Virus record (IMG/VR): IMGVR_UViG_3300030376_003143
Span: 1 to 48,675 of that record
Source: a virus
Lineage: Duplodnaviria > Caudoviricetes
Strand: one strand, 5' to 3'
Length of the DNA: 48,675 nt
A model generated the notes under the pieces. That model did no database searches. It had not been told where the DNA came from and saw only the letters and a list, made by a program, of their open reading frames with translations. Every line of letters begins with the position of its first letter. Positions within the stretch are counted from its first letter, which is position 1. The position numbers and the translations under genes are program-made. Shown piece after piece: positions 1 to 8,001 of the stretch.

Positions 1-98
1 CAAGCATAATTGATGCTGATAATGGCGTTTACTTTGGAGAGATCGCAACTATTATTGGTGACGCTTCTTTTGGTATAGCTGTTACGCTTGACTCATAA
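1..98 (+). CDS. 3' end of an upstream hypothetical protein (partial)
   Basis: Open frame from position 3 (SIIDADNGVYFGEIATIIGDASFGIAVTLDS) ending in tandem TAA TAA directly before the GTG at 102. Confidence 0.6.
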   Translation, partial: SIIDADNGVYFGEIATIIGDASFGIAVTLDS

Positions 99-101
99 TA
101 A

Positions 102-542
102 GTGAGACTAACTAGTCACGATTTACGTGAATTACAAATCCTTAAGTATTACAGGCTCACTAGAAAGTGGGCTTGTAAGACTTACGGGTTAACAGATGCC
201 GATCTTGAACTGCTAATATATTTAGATTGCAAGAAACGGTTTACTAGACAAGAATTTATAGATGGTACTTATACCATGAGCTGGGATAAAACCCGGTGGG
301 ACAAACTAAGAAAGTTAGGCTGGATTGAAGTGTGGAGACACAGGAATAGAACAACGATTAAGTATTCTATATTTAAAACGTCGTTTAAATGCCAGCAATT
401 GATAAGTAGAATATACAGGATATTACTTGGCGAAGAAGATATGCCAACATCTGATAGAAGTGTATTTTACAATAACAAAACATATACTGATAAAGTCTTT
501 AATAAGGCTATTGATGATATGATAAAAGATAAAGATAGATAA
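102..542 (+). CDS. Hypothetical protein, possible winged-helix DNA-binding protein
   Basis: 146-aa ORF; YGLTDADLELLIYL...FTRQEF...LRKLGWIEV resembles a MarR-like wHTH pattern; stop overlaps the next start (TAATG). Confidence 0.5.
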   Translation: MRLTSHDLRELQILKYYRLTRKWACKTYGLTDADLELLIYLDCKKRFTRQEFIDGTYTMSWDKTRWDKLRKLGWIEVWRHRNRTTIKYSIFKTSFKCQQLISRIYRILLGEEDMPTSDRSVFYNNKTYTDKVFNKAIDDMIKDKDR

Positions 543-970
543 TGGGGTTCAAACTAGGAAAAGGAAAAAGACCAATAGCATCAAGAGGCCAAGTTACCAA
601 AAAAATGAGGTTTGGTAAAGAAGGCGGAGAAAGTGATGTGTCTGTTCCAGGAACTCCAGTTGTTAGAAAAAACCTAGAAGAAGGTATACTAGGTGAAGCT
701 AACATGGATGGATCTATATATATTAGTAACAAGATCGTTCCTGGTAGCGAAGAAGAAAAACAAGTAATAAATCATGAAATGCGACACGCTACAGACATGA
801 GAGTAGGTAAGTTGGCGTATGGAGATAATTATATAAAATACAATGGCGAAACCTTCATGAGAGAAACTATCAACGGTAAAGATATGATTAAGGTTGATGG
901 TCAATGGAAAGAAGCTGGTGACGGTGGATTTCCTTGGGAAGATGACGCTAACAACGGAAACGGACACTAA
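542..970 (+). CDS. Putative zincin-like metallopeptidase
   Basis: HEMRH (HExxH) preceded by the strand pattern GEANMDGSIYI, with a downstream PWE; basic N-terminal extension. Confidence 0.6.
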   Translation: MGFKLGKGKRPIASRGQVTKKMRFGKEGGESDVSVPGTPVVRKNLEEGILGEANMDGSIYISNKIVPGSEEEKQVINHEMRHATDMRVGKLAYGDNYIKYNGETFMRETINGKDMIKVDGQWKEAGDGGFPWEDDANNGNGH

Positions 971-971
971 T

Positions 972-1391
972 ATGATACAAAATATAATGGGAGGGCTTTT
1001 AGGTAAAGTCTTAGACAATGCAGAAGGAATACTCGACAAGGTTATCACAACAGATAAAGAAAGAGATCAAGCAAAGCTGGCTCTTAAGAAGCTACTCTTG
1101 GAAGCGGAAAAGGAAGCGTTTGCTAAAGAGGTCGAGGATCGCAAGTCTGCAAGAGATATGTATAAGGACGATGCTATTATTCAAAAGGTTCTAGCAACGT
1201 TATTTACTATAGCTTATTTTGGCATAACATTTATAATGTTCAATTATTTTGTAACTAAGAGTATAGACCTTGGTGAATTTGAAATAAGTTTTATATCAAG
1301 CATCTTTGGCGCAATGAGCGCTAAGGTAAACACAATAATAGACTTCTTCTTCGGTGGAAGTTCAAAGAAAAACGAACAAACTAATAAATAA
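972..1391 (+). CDS. Putative holin (3TM / gene-transfer-agent-type holin-like)
   Basis: Likely start is ATG 972, just after the upstream stop (track start 894 overlaps the previous gene); ILDKVITTDKER...SARDM, two hydrophobic segments, FFFGGS and a basic tail. Confidence 0.65.
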   Translation: MIQNIMGGLLGKVLDNAEGILDKVITTDKERDQAKLALKKLLLEAEKEAFAKEVEDRKSARDMYKDDAIIQKVLATLFTIAYFGITFIMFNYFVTKSIDLGEFEISFISSIFGAMSAKVNTIIDFFFGGSSKKNEQTNK

Positions 1392-1396
1392 ATAAA

Positions 1397-1726
1397 ATGG
1401 GGATTAATTCTACAGAAGTAAGCTACAGCTTTGGACAGCTAGGTAGTGGATTTGTTGCTGACACAGGGGCTTTTACGCCTCCAACTGGAAAAGTTATTGT
1501 TGGAATTCAGTTTGTCACTGATTCTGCTTTTAGTTTACTAACAGCTGATACAGATAACACGGACGACGTTTCTTTTGCTGGTACAGCTACTCAAATAGCT
1601 CAAAACGGTACTAACTCAGATGCGGTAACAGGTTCAATAACTTTCCCTGCTGGTATGACCATAGTTGGTCGATGGACAGCAGCTACGTTAGCATCAGGAA
1701 GCGTAATCTATTATTTCGGACAGTAA
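1397..1726 (+). CDS. Small beta-rich putative virion protein
   Basis: 109 aa, G/T/S/A-rich, ends ITFPAGMTIVGRWTAATLASGSVIYY; coupled to the fibre gene by TAATG. Confidence 0.5.
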   Translation: MGINSTEVSYSFGQLGSGFVADTGAFTPPTGKVIVGIQFVTDSAFSLLTADTDNTDDVSFAGTATQIAQNGTNSDAVTGSITFPAGMTIVGRWTAATLASGSVIYYFGQ

Positions 1727-4293
1727 TGTTAGGGCTGGGGCTAGGTTCACATAAAGCTAAGGCCTTTAGGTCTATAGTTGCTAAGCTATATGGTAAGCTT
1801 AGGCGTAGATCCACTTACTTTGAAAATAACAAAAAAGAAGCCAAAGAGATAGACGACTACAAGCTTTTAAACAAAGCTACTATATTACTTACTCCTGCTG
1901 CAACAAGTGATGCGTTAGTACACTCTGTAAAGACTTATACAGGTGATGATTTAGTTACAAATGGTACATTTGATACTGATAGTGATTGGTCAAAAGTAAA
2001 TTCTACTATAAGTAGTGGTAAAGGTAACTTAGATAGTAGTGGTGGAAGCTCGTTATTATGGCAAGATATATTAACTAATGGAAATTCATACAAGGCTACT
2101 TTTACTATTTCAGACTATAATGGTACAGGAACACCAAAAATAGTTAGCAATGATGGTGCTACTATATACACTATAACAAGCAATGGCACTTTTACAATAA
2201 ATTTTACACACAGTATAGCTAATGGTAATTTCTTATTTAGAGCGTTAAGTGGTGCAGTATTTTCTATTGACAACGTATCAGTAGTAGACGTATCATCAGA
2301 CTTTGACTTCGATAGAGCAAGTAGTGCTACAAGAATAAACTCTAGTGGTTTAGTACAAGATATGCAAAGTATTACTGACCCTGAATTAGTACTTAATGGT
2401 GATTATGAGGAGTTGGGTGATGATTTAGTTACAAATGGAGATTTTACTACTAATAGTGATTGGAATTTATCTATTGGAGATACTGTTATTGAAGATGGAG
2501 TTGCTAAATTTCCTACTACAACAAATAGTTTTTTAATACAAACAGGCGTAGTTTCTGCTTCTGTTAAAACTTATAAATTACAATATGAAGTTATAGAAAC
2601 TAATGGAAATAACTTTAGAACTGCAGGTGGCAATTCTGCTTTTGGAACACAAACATTAGATAGTGCTACAGAAGGTGTAAAGACTGTTTACATAACAAGT
2701 AATGGCACTAATACAGCTTTACAATTTAACAATAACAATTTCATAGGCTCAATAGACAACATATCATTACAACAAGTTGACCCTAACGATAGGTGGACTT
2801 TAGGTACAGGTTGGAGTATAGAAAATGGTGTGGCTACAAGCACAACAAGTGGTGGTAGTTCTTATTTAACACAATCAGGAATATTAACATCATCAAACAC
2901 ATATAAAATAACATTTACTGTTAGTAATTATGTGAGTGGAACTGTAAAGGCTACTGTTAGTGGACAAGAGGGAAGCTCTATTACTGCTAATGGAACTTAT
3001 ACTGAAATTTTAACTACAACGGGTACAGATTTTTCTATTAAAAGTCAAGGTGGTACATTCAATGGTTCAGTAGACAACGTATCAGTAAAAGACATTACAT
3101 TTAGTACAGATGTAGATTTAGCTAGAATAAACTATGATAGTAATGGTGCTAATGGTCATATATTGTTAGAGCCTACTTCTACTAATCTTATTACTTATAG
3201 TGAGGATTTTAGTGAGTGGAGTAATACGGCAAGTGAAACTACTGACACGCCAAATTCAGCAACATCACCAAGTGGAGAATCTAACGCCACAAAACTACAA
3301 GAAGCTAATACTTCAAATAGTCTTCATAGATTAAGTAAACTTGTTAGCTTATCATCAGGCACAAATTATTCTCTTAGTATTTTTGCTAAAAAAGGAACTT
3401 TGAGCAATATCCAATTAATGCTATTAAACACTTCAGACTCAAAGATGTTTAGTAAAGTTTTTAATTTAGAGAATGGAACACTAGGTGAAACTTTAACAAG
3501 TGGAGGTCAATCTTTAACAGATTCTAAAATAGAAGATATTGGTAATGGTTGGTATAGATGTTCAATAGTCGGACAATTATCAACTACTCCAAACACATTT
3601 AGAATAAATTTAGCTGATGCTTCAACAGGTAATACAACAAGCAATGGAATGGTTAAGTATACGGGTGATGGAAATGGTAATATTTACATTTATGGCGCAC
3701 AACTAGAAGCCTTACCCTACGCTACATCGTACATACCAACACTAACGGGTAGTACAGTTACAAGAGCAACAGAAACACTAAATGGTAGTGGTAATAGTAC
3801 GTTAATAAACTCAACAGAGGGTGTGTTATATGCAGAGATAGCTGCTTTGTCTGATGATTTAAGTAATAGAATGATAGCTTTATCTGATAGTAATAGCTCA
3901 GACCACGTTAGAATTTATTACACTAACTCTACGAATAAAATATCAGTTGCAGTTAAAAGCAATGGTAGTAATCAATATGTATTTTTAAATCACAATGTTA
4001 CAGACATAACTGATTATATAAAAATAGCAGTAAAATATAAAGCTAATGATTTTGCTACATTTATAAATGGTGTAAAAGTTAATTCACAAACTACAACTGC
4101 ATCTGCACCTGTTGGATTAGATAGGTTGAATTTTGATAATGGTGCAGGAACAGATGACTTCTACGGAAAATGCAAAGCACTAGCAGTATTTAATGAGGCT
4201 CTTGAAGATGACGAACTAGAATTACTAACAGGTGTAACTAATTACCCTTCATTTGGAGCATTAGCTGCCGCTAACGGATATACAATAATATAA
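1726..4293 (+). CDS. Modular fibre / receptor-binding protein with carbohydrate-binding-like repeats and a C-terminal ConA/LamG-like domain
   Basis: Likely start at the TAATG overlap (1726, MLGLGLG); repeated LVTNGxF..W...YK.TFT.S.Y...DNVSV modules; C-terminal LLEP.STNL..YSE, GAQLE, SYIPT, EGVLYAEI, INGV motifs. Confidence 0.7.
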   Translation: MLGLGLGSHKAKAFRSIVAKLYGKLRRRSTYFENNKKEAKEIDDYKLLNKATILLTPAATSDALVHSVKTYTGDDLVTNGTFDTDSDWSKVNSTISSGKGNLDSSGGSSLLWQDILTNGNSYKATFTISDYNGTGTPKIVSNDGATIYTITSNGTFTINFTHSIANGNFLFRALSGAVFSIDNVSVVDVSSDFDFDRASSATRINSSGLVQDMQSITDPELVLNGDYEELGDDLVTNGDFTTNSDWNLSIGDTVIEDGVAKFPTTTNSFLIQTGVVSASVKTYKLQYEVIETNGNNFRTAGGNSAFGTQTLDSATEGVKTVYITSNGTNTALQFNNNNFIGSIDNISLQQVDPNDRWTLGTGWSIENGVATSTTSGGSSYLTQSGILTSSNTYKITFTVSNYVSGTVKATVSGQEGSSITANGTYTEILTTTGTDFSIKSQGGTFNGSVDNVSVKDITFSTDVDLARINYDSNGANGHILLEPTSTNLITYSEDFSEWSNTASETTDTPNSATSPSGESNATKLQEANTSNSLHRLSKLVSLSSGTNYSLSIFAKKGTLSNIQLMLLNTSDSKMFSKVFNLENGTLGETLTSGGQSLTDSKIEDIGNGWYRCSIVGQLSTTPNTFRINLADASTGNTTSNGMVKYTGDGNGNIYIYGAQLEALPYATSYIPTLTGSTVTRATETLNGSGNSTLINSTEGVLYAEIAALSDDLSNRMIALSDSNSSDHVRIYYTNSTNKISVAVKSNGSNQYVFLNHNVTDITDYIKIAVKYKANDFATFINGVKVNSQTTTASAPVGLDRLNFDNGAGTDDFYGKCKALAVFNEALEDDELELLTGVTNYPSFGALAAANGYTII

Positions 4294-6320
4294 TGGGAAA
4301 AGGTATAGTAAAATTAGGAGAAGGTAGTTGGGCAACAAAAGACGGAAAGCTTTTAGCTGCTAAAGAAACTAACCGTAGATTCAAGAATGCAGAGTTTACT
4401 GTCGCTAGAGGTAGTGATGCCACTTATGTTGGTCGTGATGGTTTGATCAAGCAAACGTCTAGTAATATAGAATCAGAAGTTTTTTTAAATCCTAATTTTG
4501 ATGCTACTATATCACTAGGAAACAATGGCTCAGGTTGGAGTGATGACGGTGTTGGTGAAGTAGCGTTTTACAATGGGGGATTGAAAATGACTACAGATGG
4601 ATCTGGCTCAGCAAAAGCAAGAGCTAGAAACGCTTCTCTTTCAAGTGGAATTTTAGAAACAAGTAGGTTGTATGAGTTGACTTATGAAATAAAAAGTATA
4701 AGCTCTAAATCTAATACTTTTAGTTTATATGTAGCTGGTAACACTATTACTATTACGGAAAAAAGCGTAGGTACTCATACTATTTTAATTGCGTCAGGAA
4801 CTAATGCAAATAAAATATTTCAATTTCAATGGATACAAGGTGACAGCGAATCTATAGTTTTAGGTAATGTATCTTTAAAAGAAAGCTTAGCTGTTAATGG
4901 CGCATTTGATACTGATAGTAATTGGGGTAATACAGGTAATAATGGTATTAGTATATCAGGTGGTAAGTTAAATTTTAACGATACTCCGTACGCTACAACG
5001 TCTACGCAAGCTAACGTAACAGAACTTGAAAAGACATATAAGATTGTTTTTACTGTATCTGATTATGACAAAGGTAGTGTGAGAATATTTTTAGGTGGTG
5101 CCGCTACTCCTTCAGTTGACGCTAACGGAACATACACTTTTTATTTAAAGGCATCATCTAACACTTCGTTAGGCGTACAAGTTATGAGTGGTAGTGGCAC
5201 TACTTTATCGTTAGACAACGTATCAGTATTCGAAATAGATAACGGAGCTTTACCTCGTATAGACTTTACAGATAATACTGATGGTCATTTATTACTTGAA
5301 CCACAGAGTAGAAATTTAGTTACTTATAGCGAAGAGTTTGATAATAATTATTGGAACACTTTAACTAAGATAAACTTAGAGTCTACTTCTATAACAAATC
5401 CTAGTGGAGCAAACAATTCTTTTAAAATATCCGCAACAGCAGATACTCAATCACATTACTTTGACCACGATAGTTTTACAGGCGCACAAGCAGGTGAAAC
5501 ATATACATTTAGTGTATTTGTAAAATCGGCAGGTAGTGATTTTATTCAAATTGCATCTTCATCAGGGTTTCCTGCTAGGTATCAAAACTTTAACTTATCA
5601 ACAGGAGCTAAGGCTAGTGGTGATATATCAAGCGCTACAATAGAAGCATACCCTAATGGTTGGTATAGAATATCTGTTACAGAAACTACAGTTAGTACAT
5701 CAAGAAGATTTTTGATTGTTCCTGTATTAGCAGATGTTTCAAGAAATTCATCGTTTTTAGGGGATGGTACTAGTGGTGCTTATATTTGGGGCGCACAACT
5801 AGAAGAACTACCCTACGCATCTTCTTACATACCTACTAACGGTTCAACGGTTACTAGAGATGCAGAAACTTGCACAGGTGCAGGTTCATCTGCTGACTTT
5901 AATAGTGAAGAAGGAGTATTGTATGCAGAGATAGCTGCTTTAGCCGAGGATGGATTGAGAAAATATATTTCATTAAGTGATGGAACTACTAACAATGATG
6001 TTAGATTATACCTTGATACAAATGGATATATTTCTGCTTTATCAAAAGTAGGAGGTTCAACTCAAGTATTTATCCAAAGTAACGCTTACACACAAACAGA
6101 CTTTAATAAAGTTGCTTTTAAATATAAAGTTAATGATTTTGCTTTATGGATAAACGGAGTAGAAGTAGCCACAGATAATAGTGGTAATACAAATACTGCA
6201 AACTCTTTAGATGAATTAAATTTTAATGGAAATGGTTTTGATTTCTACGGAAAATGCAAAGCAATGAGAGTATATAAAGAAGCGTTAAGTGATAGCGAAC
6301 TAACAACTTTAACAAGTTAA
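4293..6320 (+). CDS. Second modular fibre / receptor-binding protein, paralog of 1726..4293
   Basis: Same architecture and motifs (LLEPQSRNLVTYSE, NGWYR, GAQLE, SYIPT, EGVLYAEIAAL, DFYGKCKA). Confidence 0.7.
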   Translation: MGKGIVKLGEGSWATKDGKLLAAKETNRRFKNAEFTVARGSDATYVGRDGLIKQTSSNIESEVFLNPNFDATISLGNNGSGWSDDGVGEVAFYNGGLKMTTDGSGSAKARARNASLSSGILETSRLYELTYEIKSISSKSNTFSLYVAGNTITITEKSVGTHTILIASGTNANKIFQFQWIQGDSESIVLGNVSLKESLAVNGAFDTDSNWGNTGNNGISISGGKLNFNDTPYATTSTQANVTELEKTYKIVFTVSDYDKGSVRIFLGGAATPSVDANGTYTFYLKASSNTSLGVQVMSGSGTTLSLDNVSVFEIDNGALPRIDFTDNTDGHLLLEPQSRNLVTYSEEFDNNYWNTLTKINLESTSITNPSGANNSFKISATADTQSHYFDHDSFTGAQAGETYTFSVFVKSAGSDFIQIASSSGFPARYQNFNLSTGAKASGDISSATIEAYPNGWYRISVTETTVSTSRRFLIVPVLADVSRNSSFLGDGTSGAYIWGAQLEELPYASSYIPTNGSTVTRDAETCTGAGSSADFNSEEGVLYAEIAALAEDGLRKYISLSDGTTNNDVRLYLDTNGYISALSKVGGSTQVFIQSNAYTQTDFNKVAFKYKVNDFALWINGVEVATDNSGNTNTANSLDELNFNGNGFDFYGKCKAMRVYKEALSDSELTTLTS

Positions 6321-6322
6321 TT

Positions 6323-6679
6323 ATGAATAAAATAGGAAAATACGAATTTACAAACGAATCTACAGCTAAAAGTAGAATAGCTGCATTAGGCACTGCTACA
6401 GATGAAGATGGCAATACATACCCAACTCACAAGCATTGTATCGTTGAATTAGGTAATATTGTAATCACACCAGGTGATTATGATGAGGAAGGTAATGAAC
6501 TCAAAGCTCCAGTACTATCTGAAAAGTATCACGTAGATGTATTGTGGAAAGATCTAACTATCAAAGAAGATGGTGATTTAGATGGCGACCACGATGCTTG
6601 GGATAGTTACAAGGTAGATATTGATAGCGAAGGCGTTCACGGCTTCCTAGGATTGTCCTACGCGGACATGAAAGTATAA
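6323..6679 (+). CDS. Hypothetical acidic protein, possibly fibre-associated
   Basis: 118-aa ORF directly after the fibre pair; YHVDVLW and GVHGFLG segments. Confidence 0.5.
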   Translation: MNKIGKYEFTNESTAKSRIAALGTATDEDGNTYPTHKHCIVELGNIVITPGDYDEEGNELKAPVLSEKYHVDVLWKDLTIKEDGDLDGDHDAWDSYKVDIDSEGVHGFLGLSYADMKV

Positions 6680-6707
6680 ATTATTATTAATTAAATTGAA
6701 TTAAATT

Positions 6708-6995
6708 ATGGCAAAAAGAAAGACGCCGAAGACACCTGATCTTCGCCCAGAGAAAGTTAGCGACGAACAATTGAAGCAAATTCAAGAAGTAGTTAGTAAC
6801 ATAAACAAGTGTCAAATGGACATAGGCTCCATAGAGACTAAAAAACATCAACTACTTCACAACATTGTTAATCTCCAAGATGCTTTAATGGCCTTGCAAG
6901 GAGAGCTTGAAAAACAATATGGAACAGTTGACGTTGACATTCACACAGGAACTATAAACTACAAAGAAAATGAGCAAGCTGATACGAAAAATTAG
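6708..6995 (+). CDS. Hypothetical coiled-coil protein
   Basis: 95 aa, heptad-like Q/L/I pattern, ends LEKQYGTVDVDIHTGTI; AT-rich leader. Confidence 0.6.
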   Translation: MAKRKTPKTPDLRPEKVSDEQLKQIQEVVSNINKCQMDIGSIETKKHQLLHNIVNLQDALMALQGELEKQYGTVDVDIHTGTINYKENEQADTKN

Positions 6996-7191
6996 TATCG
7001 GCAAAGATTACAAGAATGACGCCATGCACTATGCCGTTGGGCAAGAAGTGTATGGTGGTCATACTATTTGCGATATTATAGAAGAAGAAGATAAGTTTTC
7101 CGTTTACATAAGAAAAGGTAAAGATGTTTTGCCATGGAAAGACTTTAACAAGAATATGGCTGTTTCAGTCGAATACAACCTTCAGTATTAA
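6970..7191 (+). CDS. Hypothetical protein
   Basis: 73-aa ORF overlapping both neighbours (TAATG at its end); protein-like composition. Confidence 0.6.
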   Translation: MSKLIRKISIGKDYKNDAMHYAVGQEVYGGHTICDIIEEEDKFSVYIRKGKDVLPWKDFNKNMAVSVEYNLQY

Positions 7192-7772
7192 TGAAAAGCG
7201 TTTACGACTTTGTTATAACGCCTGTTGGTCAAAGATACAACAATGTTAAAAAAGTTGGTGATAAAGATTTAATAGTTAACAGCGAAATATTTAATCACCA
7301 GCACGTTAACAGGTTAGCTAAAGTATTAGCTGTACCTACTGTTGGGCAAACAGATATTGAAGTTGGAGACGAAGTAATAGTTCACCACAACGTTTTTAGA
7401 AGATGGCACGACGTTAAAGGTAGAGAAAAAAATAGCAGGAGCTTTATAGATGAACAAACCTACGTTGTTTCTATAGATCAAATATTTTTAATTAAAAGAG
7501 ACAGCAAATGGATAGCTCCAAATGGCTATTGTTTTGTAAAGCCTATAAAAGCTATCGACAAGTTTAACACTGATGCTGAGAGACCTTTAGTAGGTATTGT
7601 TAAGTATTCAGACGGAACTGTAGATGTTGGTGATTTAGTTGGTTTAAGACCTAAGTCTAAATATGAGTTTATTGTTGACGGGCAAAGGTTATATAGAGTA
7701 TTATCAAGTTTTATTACAATTAAGTATGAATATCAAGGAGACGAAGAAGAGTATAATCCAAGCTGGGCATAA
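7191..7772 (+). CDS. GroES/Cpn10-like co-chaperonin with two tandem GroES-like halves
   Basis: AKVLAVP...IEVGDEVIV and CFVKPI...GIVKY...VDVGDLVGL...EFIVDGQRLYRV each match the GroES strand pattern. Confidence 0.6.
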   Translation: MKSVYDFVITPVGQRYNNVKKVGDKDLIVNSEIFNHQHVNRLAKVLAVPTVGQTDIEVGDEVIVHHNVFRRWHDVKGREKNSRSFIDEQTYVVSIDQIFLIKRDSKWIAPNGYCFVKPIKAIDKFNTDAERPLVGIVKYSDGTVDVGDLVGLRPKSKYEFIVDGQRLYRVLSSFITIKYEYQGDEEEYNPSWA

Positions 7773-8001
7773 AGCGGTTGAAGAACTCATTAAGGTGGCA
7801 AAAGAGGCTATCGTTGACAGTGGCGATGATATTACTGCTGACAGACTTAAAAACGCCGCTGCGACGAAGAAACTCGCTATATTTGATGCATTCGAAATAC
7901 TTAACAGAATACAAGAGGAAGAGGCGATACTCGATGGAAAAGAACCTGAAGAAAAAAAAGAACGTGTGTTTAAAGGATTTGCTGAAGGAAGATCTAAATG
8001 A
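7726..8001 (+). CDS. Small helical protein, candidate terminase small subunit
   Basis: Likely start ATG 7726 (MNIKETKK); immediately upstream of and overlapping (ATGA) the large terminase. Confidence 0.45.
   Translation: MNIKETKKSIIQAGHKAVEELIKVAKEAIVDSGDDITADRLKNAAATKKLAIFDAFEILNRIQEEEAILDGKEPEEKKERVFKGFAEGRSK

Noticed and set aside
1726-6320. Diversity-generating retroelement or invertible shufflon acting on the fibre genes
   Set aside because: No reverse transcriptase or recombinase in the window; the repeats are short and direct, with no ~100-nt template/variable pair differing only at adenines
894-7725. Track start positions 894, 1672 and 7663
   Set aside because: They overlap upstream genes extensively; starts at 972, 1726 and 7726 fit gene packing better
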